This document shows positions 15,644 to 23,831 of a stretch of 64,000 nt of DNA, piece after piece. The first letter of the stretch is position 1. Each line of letters begins with the position of its first letter. A program made the translations under genes and the position numbers. This DNA is from a virus, in the IMG/VR virus record IMGVR_UViG_3300050158_000039, positions 28,621 to 92,620 of that record. One strand, written 5' to 3'. Below the pieces are notes generated by a model. The model was not told where the DNA came from. It did not search any database and saw nothing but the letters and a program-made list of their open reading frames with translations.

Positions 15644-15745
15644 TGGATGAAAGCGTGTGCTATTACCCTACATCCCGAATCGAACGGGCAGGCATTACAG
15701 TTACGGACCATCCGACTAAGCACACAGCGCTGTAACTACTTTCAT
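15644..15745 (-). ncRNA. CCA-ended tRNA-like RNA with non-canonical core
   Basis: ATGAAAG/CTTTCAT-CCA; CCCG-TTCGATT-CGGG; crossing helices AGTTAC/GTAACT and GTGTGCT/AGCACAC. Confidence 0.55.
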
Positions 15746-15748
15746 TTG

Positions 15749-15878
15749 TGGAGTTTCCGGGAATCGAACCGCGGTCTAGTCGTTTCACATACGAAGTAAC
15801 TCTACGTTTACGCAGCACTTTCGTGAGTCAAAATCAACTTGAGTATTGTTTCTGTGCTATCCATTACACTAAAACTCC
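15749..15878 (-). ncRNA. YrlA-like stalk RNA copy G (tRNA order, stalk after the D arm, anticodon-like loop GTG)
   Basis: GGAGTTT/AAACTCC acceptor; D arm GTGT-AATGGATA-GCAC; motif GCTGCGTAAACGTAGAGTTACTTC at 15793-15816; TCGT-ATGTGAA-ACGA arm. Confidence 0.65.
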
Positions 15879-15883
15879 ATTGT

Positions 15884-15972
15884 TGGCGGGGGCGGTAGGA
15901 CTCGAACCTACATATACCTTCTCGGTCTCCAGGTTCAAAGCCTGGGATGTTAACCAATTACACTACGCCCCT
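15884..15972 (-). tRNA. tRNA-Gln(TTG) with long variable arm
   Basis: CCAGG-CTTTGAA-CCTGG, extra arm AGACCGAGAAGGT, G73 followed by CCA. Confidence 0.8.
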
Positions 15973-15990
15973 CTATATCTTTGCATTGTT

Positions 15991-16067
15991 TGGTACCTCT
16001 GGCAGGATTCGAACCTGCGACTCCTTCGTTCGTAGCGAAGTACTCTAGTCCACTGAGTTACAGAGGT
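15991..16067 (-). tRNA. tRNA-Arg(ACG), second copy
   Basis: CTTCG-CTACGAA-CGAAG, CCA. Confidence 0.92.
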
Positions 16068-16078
16068 ATTGATTGTTT

Positions 16079-16154
16079 TGGTGCCCCCGACCGGACTTGA
16101 ACCAGCAACGCCAGGATCTTCAATCCTGCGCTCTACCAATTGAGCTACAAGGGC
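16079..16154 (-). tRNA. tRNA-Phe(GAA), second copy
   Basis: CAGGA-TTGAAGA-TCCTG, CCA. Confidence 0.92.
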
Positions 16155-16169
16155 ATAATATGTGTACTG

Positions 16170-16256
16170 TCTGGATGGCAGGATTCGAACCTGCGAGATC
16201 CCTTCGGGCTTCCAGCTTCCAAAACTGGCACTCTGACCTGGCTGAGTTACACCCAG
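16170..16256 (-). tRNA. tRNA-Pro(TGG) with long variable arm
   Basis: CCAGT-TTTGGAA-GCTGG, extra region AAGCCCGAAGGGATCTC. Confidence 0.8.
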
Positions 16257-16273
16257 ACACTACACACATTGTT

Positions 16274-16365
16274 TGGCGGAGCGCCTGGGAATCGAACCCA
16301 GCGGCCGGCTCATCACCGGCCTACACCTTAGCAGGGTGCTGCCTTTGCCACACAGCCCGCGCTCC
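16274..16365 (-). tRNA. tRNA-Ser(GCT)
   Basis: GCACC-CTGCTAA-GGTGT, long variable arm, G73 followed by CCA. Confidence 0.85.
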
Positions 16366-16374
16366 ATTGAAATT

Positions 16375-16448
16375 TGGGGTGGATGGGGGAATCGAACCCT
16401 CGCCTACACGTTCACAGCGTGTTTTGCTGCCACTACACTACAACCACC
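16375..16448 (-). tRNA. tRNA-His(GTG)
   Basis: ACACG-CTGTGAA-CGTGT; G-1 and C73 encoded. Confidence 0.85.
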
Positions 16449-16457
16449 ATTGAAATT

Positions 16458-16534
16458 TGGGGTGTACGACGAGATTCGAACTCGCAACGGCAGGAATCAC
16501 AATCCTGGGCTCTACCAATTGAGCTACGTACACC
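16458..16534 (-). tRNA. tRNA-His(GTG), second copy
   Basis: CAGGA-TTGTGAT-TCCTG; G-1 and C73 encoded. Confidence 0.92.
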
Positions 16535-16708
16535 ATTGTTTTTACAGAACACATTTTGTATGCTCTGTAGAAACAATGCTTGTTTTCACAAGCACCGTTT
16601 CCCAATGCTTCCCTTTATCGCACTCGGCAGCCTGAAGAGTACTCGGCTGAGTCAACGCGGTCAGTTTATTTTGCTATACCGATGGCCTTCCACCGGTTTT
16701 TGTACAGG

Positions 16709-16746
16709 ACAAAAGAAAAGGGCCTTGGTTTTACCCGAGGCCCTTT
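16709..16746 (-). terminator. Intrinsic terminator in the tRNA operon leader
   Basis: GGGCCTCGGG-TAAAA-CCAAGGCCC followed by TTTTCTTTT on the minus strand. Confidence 0.65.
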
Positions 16747-16778
16747 GCGTTTATTCTGAACTTGTATTTTGCTTTCGC

Positions 16779-16910
16779 TTATACAGTTCCTCCACAAAGG
16801 GCGATCGTAGGTTCGAGGCTATAATCACCACACAATTCTGGACGGACGGAGTCCATGCTAAACCATTGCTGGCTCAGTTGGCTTCCAAAATGTCGCAGAG
16901 AGTGTTGCAT
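16779..16910 (-). CDS. 43-aa putative leader peptide
   Basis: AAGGA RBS; MQHSLRHFGSQLSQQWFSMDSVRPELCGDYSLEPTIALCGGTV, ending about 33 nt before the terminator. Confidence 0.45.
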   Translation of the reverse strand: MQHSLRHFGSQLSQQWFSMDSVRPELCGDYSLEPTIALCGGTV

Positions 16911-17083
16911 TTGATTAAATCCTTGAATGTTGTTGAACGATTACGTCAACTGTCTTTCTATTTATGCTAGAAGTCAACGGGGTCAACTTTTCGCAGTTGG
17001 GGTTCGTTTTGCGATTGATTTCCTAAGCGGTTATCAATCAATGATGAGAGTATATATGCTTCGTTGTCAAAAAGTCAACACCG

Positions 17084-17788
17084 TCATACAAAAGGGTCAG
17101 TAATTACGAGCTGCGGACCGTATTTCGTCCGGCGAACCATCACATTCCCGTAGTGGATGTCACTTCCGAGCTCATGCTCTGGGTCGTCATTCTTGATCTG
17201 CCTAATGACGTTTAACGCTTCGATGAAAGATGGGTCAGCGATGTTGTCTACATCTACCCAATATCCGTCCATGTCGTATCCTGCCACTGCTGCTCTAATC
17301 ACCTGCATGATGTAGTCAAGAGCAGAGTCACGATCACTACGATCGATGGTTGTCCGTCGTGTGTGGTCTCCGAAAATTCGTTTCCACAACATCTGAACTT
17401 CCTGGTCTGTCAGGGTCTGTAACGGCGCGAGTGTCTCAATGCGAGTTTTATACATATCTCGACCCGTATCACGATTGCGCAGCACTTTGAACTCGCCAAT
17501 TTGAGGGAAGTACGGATTGTGTAGATTGAGAATACGCTCAATGTACGATGCATACCCGTCAGGTTCCTCGTTTGAGGTTCCGGACGATCGAGATATTTTC
17601 AGCACATGGTCAACGTCAGCATTTGGTTGATCGAATACTGACCCATACGCACCACGCCCAATCCGTTCAGGCGAAGTTTCAGTCCGCCCCTGCCTGTTAA
17701 GCATGGCAGCCGTCACTCGCCCCATTGTGGTCTTGGTTGGATGGGCCGGCGTGTTGATCGCTTCAAGCAGAATATCACTTAGCTTCAT
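17084..17788 (-). CDS. Ser/Thr protein kinase-like protein with leader MKLSDILLE
   Basis: GRGAYGSV glycine loop, VLK lysine, DIHYGNVM catalytic loop, ITDP (DFG equivalent). Confidence 0.8.
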   Translation of the reverse strand: MKLSDILLEAINTPAHPTKTTMGRVTAAMLNRQGRTETSPERIGRGAYGSVFDQPNADVDHVLKISRSSGTSNEEPDGYASYIERILNLHNPYFPQIGEFKVLRNRDTGRDMYKTRIETLAPLQTLTDQEVQMLWKRIFGDHTRRTTIDRSDRDSALDYIMQVIRAAVAGYDMDGYWVDVDNIADPSFIEALNVIRQIKNDDPEHELGSDIHYGNVMVRRTKYGPQLVITDPFV

Positions 17789-17939
17789 TGGTGCGAATCC
17801 GTGCTTCTAGAGCTGCAATGCGAGCATCTTGCTCTTTGTCCAATTTGTATTGTCGGTACATTGGGCCAATCGTTGCGATAAGCACAATGAGAGCTGCCAG
17901 ACCTGCTGGAACGCCGTGCTTCTTTAGGAAGTCTAGCAT
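17775..17939 (-). CDS. 54-aa single-TM plus coiled-coil protein
   Basis: Below the track cutoff: MLDFLKKHGVPAGLAALIVLIATIGPMYRQYKLDKEQDARIAALEARIRTNEAK; TAATG coupling. Confidence 0.6.
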   Translation of the reverse strand: MLDFLKKHGVPAGLAALIVLIATIGPMYRQYKLDKEQDARIAALEARIRTNEAK

Positions 17940-18181
17940 TATCGTTCTCCAATGACCTCTAGGACCTCACGACCCATCGATCCTGGCTTATACACAACAC
18001 CTTTGTCATTTTCCCAATCGCCCGCTACTTCATTGGCCCGAGACATCCAATCTACCGCTTGCGCTTGATACTTGGATCCGGTAAATGTCGCATTGGGCCA
18101 CGCTGCCCGAACAGCCTGAACCCAACGCCGATACATTTCCGCTTGCCAGTTGTGGGCTTCGGTGATATCGGCGAGCTTCAT
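17939..18181 (-). CDS. Hypothetical protein with leader MKLADITE
   Basis: 80 aa, translationally coupled. Confidence 0.7.
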   Translation of the reverse strand: MKLADITEAHNWQAEMYRRWVQAVRAAWPNATFTGSKYQAQAVDWMSRANEVAGDWENDKGVVYKPGSMGREVLEVIGER

Positions 18182-18636
18182 TATACTGCTCCGGTGGTCA
18201 GGTGGCTGTCAAGTCGTTCCAACAGTTCAACTGCGTGCTCAAGGTCACCAATGTAGCCCCAGTTGCGATCGTCTTTGCGGTATGATTCTTGATGTTGTGA
18301 CAACTTTTGTTGGATTGATTGTGTCAGCTTTGTGATCTTAGCTGTCAGAATGTCGTATGCGCGGTTTGGTCGTGCGTGACGGCTGTAATCTTCTTCCATA
18401 TCCGGTGACTGCGAACCAACGTCAACAGCTTGGTCTTCAACAGCTTCAGAAATTTGATCAAGCTGGCGCTCTAGCTTCTTGATCAGGGCACGTTGATCAT
18501 CAATTGAGTCTGCGTGAGTTTGGCTGGTCAAGGTGCCGTTACCCATGGCACGAAGGTCTTTGCGAGCTTGCGCTAGCTTCTTTTCCAAACTAGCTTTCGT
18601 ATCAGCTTGTTCAAACAAATAGTCAATTAGACGCAT
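18181..18636 (-). CDS. Coiled-coil hypothetical protein with leader MRLIDYLFE
   Basis: 151 aa, translationally coupled. Confidence 0.7.
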   Translation of the reverse strand: MRLIDYLFEQADTKASLEKKLAQARKDLRAMGNGTLTSQTHADSIDDQRALIKKLERQLDQISEAVEDQAVDVGSQSPDMEEDYSRHARPNRAYDILTAKITKLTQSIQQKLSQHQESYRKDDRNWGYIGDLEHAVELLERLDSHLTTGAV

Positions 18637-18637
18637 A

Positions 18638-19678
18638 TTAACCTCGCTTAGCTTCCCACTTTACTGAAAACATATCCTTCAGAGATGGTTTACGACCACC
18701 TGTGTGGATGTACTTCTTAACGTCATCTGGGATATGTTGTGTGATTGGGCTCATCATCGTGCCCAGTTGAATTTGAGCTTGCTTAACGCCGTCCACAGTG
18801 CCGGTAGACAGGTGCATTTTCAGAGTGTCCATTGCAGCAGCAACAGTCATGCAGAATGAAGAGCGTGCATCATCGCGCTCTTTGTACTTGTTAGCTTCAG
18901 CTGTCATCTCGGAAGAGACCTTCTGCAGTGCTGATAGTACGGATGCAGGGACATTTACCTTCTCGGAATCATCGCCAACATTTGGCTCAGACTTACCGGG
19001 GGCAGCATCTGCATTGCGCAGATCATCCTTGAACTTAACCTTCTCAGGCTTTTTGGCTGAATCGACAGTATTCTTATTGTCAGCGCGACCGTTCAGAGCT
19101 GGCTTTGCAGGCATTGTAGCTGATTCGCGGAATTGGACCTGATCGCTCAGTTCGTCGTCCAACGCCTTGCGCTTGGCGATATCACGGCCTTCAAACTCAC
19201 CGCGATTCAACAGTTCATCAACTTCCGCATCAATGTCAGTCTCATCACTGACATCATCGCCCAAGTCGTCATCATGTTGCTCGCATGTGCATGGCTCATG
19301 CTGACAACCTGGACAAACGTCGCCAGAGTTATCAGCAACCATTCCTTGGTCGTCCATTGGATCGTCGCCTGGCATCTGATCTTCAGGGGACAGGTCGCCT
19401 TCAGGAGGAAGGGCATCGGTTGGTGGTAGGTCGCCAGCAGGGTCAGCTGGCGCGTCGTCGGGTAGCTCAAGAGAGATTACCTCTTGGATAGGCACCAAGC
19501 GAGCCTCGAACGCTCCGTAGCCAAGCAGTTTCTTGAGTGCAGCCTGAGCCATGTCAACCGACATGTATTTGGTTGCTTCATCTAGAGCAACCCAGCGAGG
19601 ACGGTCATACGCACTAGCTGTTGTGAAGAATGCACCAATTTGGCGGTTGCGTGCAATCAAGTATCCTTGTTTCGACAT
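18638..19678 (-). CDS. Acidic low-complexity protein, possible head core/scaffold-type protein
   Basis: 346 aa with a D/E/P-rich middle; TAAATA late promoter at 19706-19711 and AAGGA RBS. Confidence 0.6.
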   Translation of the reverse strand: MSKQGYLIARNRQIGAFFTTASAYDRPRWVALDEATKYMSVDMAQAALKKLLGYGAFEARLVPIQEVISLELPDDAPADPAGDLPPTDALPPEGDLSPEDQMPGDDPMDDQGMVADNSGDVCPGCQHEPCTCEQHDDDLGDDVSDETDIDAEVDELLNRGEFEGRDIAKRKALDDELSDQVQFRESATMPAKPALNGRADNKNTVDSAKKPEKVKFKDDLRNADAAPGKSEPNVGDDSEKVNVPASVLSALQKVSSEMTAEANKYKERDDARSSFCMTVAAAMDTLKMHLSTGTVDGVKQAQIQLGTMMSPITQHIPDDVKKYIHTGGRKPSLKDMFSVKWEAKRG

Positions 19679-19735
19679 ATGTGTTCCTTGAGGAAATGTG
19701 TCGGATATTTATGCACGCAACGTTGAACTTAGCCA

Positions 19736-20017
19736 TTACTCTCCAGAATCAGTATGCTCCGTCTGTTTGAATTCACCACACTCACAGTACTTACATCCAA
19801 TCGGCCACATCTCTTCATACGAATCAAAGTGGCGATGATACTCATGTCCACACTTACATTCAGCATTCTGATTGTAATTGGGATTCCAGGTGCGGCGCAG
19901 TAGGGTCGTCTGGACGCTATGATGCAGGTACGGACCGTCAGAGCCTCCGAGAGGCGATACGGCGCGGTGGATCAGTTGGTCAAGTGGGTTGGATTTGGAT
20001 GTTGGCATTGCGCTCAC
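19736..20017 (-). CDS. Hypothetical Cys/His metal-binding protein
   Basis: CKCGH..HRH...CKYCEC motif. Confidence 0.55.
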   Translation of the reverse strand: MSAMPTSKSNPLDQLIHRAVSPLGGSDGPYLHHSVQTTLLRRTWNPNYNQNAECKCGHEYHRHFDSYEEMWPIGCKYCECGEFKQTEHTDSGE

Positions 20018-20207
20018 CTTCCATCACACCGAGCGTGTATGCGATGTTTAGGGTATTGACGATGTGATCGGCATCAGATTTGGTGCCGTGCATCACACGA
20101 ACAACGCTGCCTTCAAACACGATCGACCATTCATCATCACTGAACCAATTTTTCGCAGACCGGTGGTACGTGTACGGTCGATGGGTAGGCCACGAAGCGG
20201 TTGTCAT
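19980..20207 (-). CDS. Hypothetical protein
   Basis: Start set at MTTASW after an AAGGA RBS. Confidence 0.5.
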   Translation of the reverse strand: MTTASWPTHRPYTYHRSAKNWFSDDEWSIVFEGSVVRVMHGTKSDADHIVNTLNIAYTLGVMEGERNANIQIQPT

Positions 20208-20354
20208 TTTGTATCCTTTGGTTGGACTAGGTTGATCTTGCCCATCCACAACGGACGGGTAGCACTAGACATTGTGGTAGGGCCAACTGGAACCAACTGT
20301 GGAATGCTGCAATGAGTAGGGAGTGGGAGCCACACTCCCACTCCCTTAGCTGGA

Positions 20355-21491
20355 TCATTCAGCACTGGTCTTCTCCGTTGCGGTGTCCTTGAAGCCAAGT
20401 TCCTTGTACTTGCTTTTCAAGAAGTCCTTGTAATCAGCATCTTTGCCGAGATATTTGTTCATCAGAAGACCTAGCAACTTGATGCCGTTCATGTTCATCG
20501 ATTGAGCGCCAATCGCATAGTCCTTGCGGTCCAAATGCTTGTTGGCTTCGTGATACTGCTCAACAACAGCCACCAGATGGTTGTACATCTTGGTAACCTT
20601 GGTTTGCATCTCGTCGATCTGGCTGATTGCCAGTGCATCATGAGCGAACATTGAGCGCAGGTCATCAACGCCTTCGTCCACCACAGCCTCAAACAGGCGA
20701 CGGGGGTTCGTGATGCTGTCCTTTGCATGATGCAGCGACATGTACTTCTCAGTTTTCACCTTGAACCACAGTTCACCAATCCGGCACACATACCCCTCAA
20801 TATCGGCTTGCATCGAAGGGATGGTTTGGACAAAGTTTGCAACATCCATACCCCACGTGTCAACACGATCGATTACATGCGGACCAAACCGCATTTCCAA
20901 ACTGCCACGAGACATGAACGTACCAGAATCGCGATGGTGAGCGTTCAGTACCTTCAGGTGGGCGTGATCGTAACCGATCACAATGCGGTTGTGGGGAGCA
21001 CACCACTCCATGTTCACTGTGTAGCCGTCTTGTTCCGCCGCCAGCAGTTGCATGTAAAAGTGAGACGGGCTTGGTGCGTTTACACCCAACCACTTCATTG
21101 CGTCGAGCGCTTGTTCAGAAAACAGTGAGCCTTTGGACTTCAGACGCAACTCACCGTTATGGGAATACGTTGACATCAGCGAACCATCAGCCTTCAGCTC
21201 AACAGTATCCACAAGCGACAGATCGAGACCCATGGTAATGGGATTCTCGTTGAGGTTGAAGAATTTGGGCATGGGCCGAGAAGCCAGACGCACAGCGTTG
21301 CCAGCAGCATCAACCTCAAACATGATGCCACGGCATTCAATTGCCGAGGGCATCAGGAAATCCGAATACGACGCCAAGCGGTAGTTGAAGATGCGGTACT
21401 TCACACCGTCCAGGTCAAAGTCCTGGAAGTAAAACGCTTCGTTGGCGGTCAGGGCCATCAGCTCTTGGTACAATTGGTTGAAGTTCATCAC
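20355..21491 (-). CDS. rnlA: T4 Rnl1-type RNA ligase
   Basis: ECRGIMFE, RPMPKFFNLNE, motif I KADGS, EGYV and FKVKTEKY motifs. Confidence 0.92.
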   Translation of the reverse strand: MMNFNQLYQELMALTANEAFYFQDFDLDGVKYRIFNYRLASYSDFLMPSAIECRGIMFEVDAAGNAVRLASRPMPKFFNLNENPITMGLDLSLVDTVELKADGSLMSTYSHNGELRLKSKGSLFSEQALDAMKWLGVNAPSPSHFYMQLLAAEQDGYTVNMEWCAPHNRIVIGYDHAHLKVLNAHHRDSGTFMSRGSLEMRFGPHVIDRVDTWGMDVANFVQTIPSMQADIEGYVCRIGELWFKVKTEKYMSLHHAKDSITNPRRLFEAVVDEGVDDLRSMFAHDALAISQIDEMQTKVTKMYNHLVAVVEQYHEANKHLDRKDYAIGAQSMNMNGIKLLGLLMNKYLGKDADYKDFLKSKYKELGFKDTATEKTSAE

Positions 21492-21548
21492 ATCTCCTTG
21501 AAATCAATAGACGCTACTCTATCAGAGATCGCGTCTAGGGTCAACGGG

Positions 21549-22301
21549 TCACTCAATCAACGAGCATACGCCGCTGATGTATGCACATACCCGATCCATT
21601 TCAATCGGATCAGTGGCCTTGAGTGATGTCCGTAGTTGGCCTTGTGCGTCGCATGAAATGTTCGGATACGCCTTCAAGATGGGCGCTAAATTCATGTACG
21701 TGTCAGGGCCAAGGCCGCCTGCAACAGCAATCTGATCTTCACCAAAGTGCTTCAAGGCAGTTTCAACCATCTCAACCATGTGTTGAGGATTGAACGGAGT
21801 GCCACGGCCCATCCCACAGTCAAGGAGCACGTAATCAGCAAGACCTTCGTACATTGCGAGATCACGCTCCCAATCAGGCGATTCACTAATCGCCGTGTGT
21901 CCAATTTGCTGAATGATTTCAACGTGGGGGTACACAGCTTTCAATCCAGACAGCAATTTGGGGTCTGGCCACTTCATATCCAACTGAATTGCATCTACGG
22001 CATTGTGCCCACACCGGTCAACAGCCCGCATCAAGTCAACCAGGTTACTGCGATCGTCGTAATCTGCGTAGTGGATTACGTTGTACACCTCATGCCTGCG
22101 GAGAAACATGCTGTGAATCTCTTCAGGAGTAGGCCAGATGTTTTCCCATCCTGTAGCTGTCGGAACATCGTTGATCGTCTTCCAGCTACACATCAATCCA
22201 ACGTGCAGACGACGATTTGCTTCGGGAGGAATACACGTAAGAGCTTGATTGATTTGGTCCAGGCTCTTGAAGTCAGTTACGCCAATATATGGTTTCTTCA
22301 T
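21549..22301 (-). CDS. TrpF/phosphoribosylanthranilate-isomerase-like TIM barrel
   Basis: AIQLD, YVLLDCGMGRG, VAGGLGPD and SCDAQG pattern. Confidence 0.6.
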   Translation of the reverse strand: MKKPYIGVTDFKSLDQINQALTCIPPEANRRLHVGLMCSWKTINDVPTATGWENIWPTPEEIHSMFLRRHEVYNVIHYADYDDRSNLVDLMRAVDRCGHNAVDAIQLDMKWPDPKLLSGLKAVYPHVEIIQQIGHTAISESPDWERDLAMYEGLADYVLLDCGMGRGTPFNPQHMVEMVETALKHFGEDQIAVAGGLGPDTYMNLAPILKAYPNISCDAQGQLRTSLKATDPIEMDRVCAYISGVCSLIE

Positions 22302-22548
22302 TTTGATCCGTTTCTGGAAGTATCTCAACTCGTGAAATTGTCGTTATCTTATCATTGGTAATGACTACTGCATTCACTCATCGTCTTCTGAATCGTGGTA
22401 TCCCCTACACCAGGATTCATACAATTCGGGTTCTTTGGTGGGGTCATACTCGTTGTCAGTCATAGGGAGATCACTCTGTTGAGCTGACACTCCATACCAA
22501 TATGCGTTCTCAATCGCTCGCTGTGATAGTTCGGTCATCTTAGTATCC

Positions 22549-22770
22549 TCAAAAGCGGTCGGGGTATTGTTGCCTCATCCAAGCATCAGCCGCTTGCCAC
22601 CACCCATCATCCCACATGGCCCAAGGTGAGCCATCATATTTGTCACCTTTTGGGTATGGGTTATCAGTGTCTAGCAAGGACGCATCGAACGCCTTTGCAC
22701 CTTCTTGCTCAATCACTTCAGAATCATCAAATTCCAATGGTTCATCAAGACAGTCAAGTTCTAGCATCAT
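22549..22770 (-). CDS. Acidic Trp-rich hypothetical protein
   Basis: NPYP...WxxWDDGW motif; GGAG RBS. Confidence 0.5.
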   Translation of the reverse strand: MMLELDCLDEPLEFDDSEVIEQEGAKAFDASLLDTDNPYPKGDKYDGSPWAMWDDGWWQAADAWMRQQYPDRF

Positions 22771-23254
22771 GCTGGATCTCCTGTAGTAACGGGGTTGGGT
22801 CGAGCAGAAAGTCTGGTTGTGATTGATCCACCTGCCAGAGCATTGTGTGTGGTGCACTGTACTTCTTCCACCGCTCCAGATGCAGCATGTCCATTGGACG
22901 ACCCTTGTCTGTTTTCAGGACGCGCTTGAGTTGGGCAATGTACTGCCCCTCTACCACCACATCACCGACTGCTCGCGTGACGGGGCGTTGGATTTCACCG
23001 TACACCCAAATCCCCGTATCGTCCTGCACAGCCATTGCCCAAGTATCTTCCCACCACGGCATCCCAACAGCTTCGCCAGTGAATTGATACAGTGCAACGA
23101 TTACGCCAGATGAGATCGCTTGAACCAGTGCGTTCTTTCCTGCATATAAATCAATTCCTTCGTGCCTATGATGCTTCCGAATCGTTCCGAAAGCACCCGG
23201 ATGCTCACTGGTTGGCAACTGCGAAATGTCGTAAGAGTTGATTGGGAAGATCAT
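22754..23254 (-). CDS. M23 family peptidase
   Basis: HEGIDL (HxxxD) and MLHLE motifs. Confidence 0.75.
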   Translation of the reverse strand: MIFPINSYDISQLPTSEHPGAFGTIRKHHRHEGIDLYAGKNALVQAISSGVIVALYQFTGEAVGMPWWEDTWAMAVQDDTGIWVYGEIQRPVTRAVGDVVVEGQYIAQLKRVLKTDKGRPMDMLHLERWKKYSAPHTMLWQVDQSQPDFLLDPTPLLQEIQHDART

Positions 23255-23255
23255 T

Positions 23256-23831
23256 TTAGTCCACGTATAGGGCCATGTTGTCAGCACTCAGAGTCATCTC
23301 ATTGATCTGACACACGAGGTCAACCACGTCTTGTTCATACATCACAAAATCACGGGCGCGGTATTTGTAAATTCGGTTGATTGTCGCAACCGGAAAGGTG
23401 ACAGCATTGATCGACAGCCGCTTGCGTTTGACATGACGAATGAACCTGGGGTCAAATTCAAACACTTCGCCGTCATACGCAGCCATACACACTGTGAAGT
23501 CAAATGAGTGAATCAACTCACTCATTGTACGGTAGTACCGCTTTGTGATGCACTGAATCTTGGTGTCGTCTTCATCCTTCAGTGTGGTTAGCTCGCCTTT
23601 CGGGCACTGCCAGACAACTGTCCAACCCATGATTTCCAGCTGCTTGACAACTCCCTCCGCCAACCTTGCGTTGGCAAAGAACAGATCATAGTCAGCCACA
23701 TCGTGGGTTGGGTCGATTACAGTGCGAAGCGAGCCACCAGCCAGCCACACGCCTCCGGGGGTGAGAATCTCCAGCACATCGGAGTGTAGCTTTTTCAGCC
23801 GCTTGGATTCGATGTCTAGATTACACCGCAT
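23256..23831 (-). CDS. Class II nucleotidyltransferase (CCA/poly(A) polymerase head domain)
   Basis: WLAGGSLR, DYDLF and SFDFTVC motifs. Confidence 0.75.
   Translation of the reverse strand: MRCNLDIESKRLKKLHSDVLEILTPGGVWLAGGSLRTVIDPTHDVADYDLFFANARLAEGVVKQLEIMGWTVVWQCPKGELTTLKDEDDTKIQCITKRYYRTMSELIHSFDFTVCMAAYDGEVFEFDPRFIRHVKRKRLSINAVTFPVATINRIYKYRARDFVMYEQDVVDLVCQINEMTLSADNMALYVD

Noticed and set aside
8447-15816. CRISPR array from the repeated GTTGCGTAG...AGTTACTTC motif
   Set aside because: Copies are irregularly spaced (about 220 nt to 5.6 kb), have a variable core that pairs with a distant partner strand, and are embedded in tRNA-like folds; no cas genes are present.
7082-16970. Numerous 60-200 aa ORFs on both strands across the tRNA array (for example 8533-8820, 9178-9495, 12837-13118, 16374-16970)
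   Set aside because: They overlap clear tRNA or ncRNA genes, lack an RBS and have no protein-like motifs.
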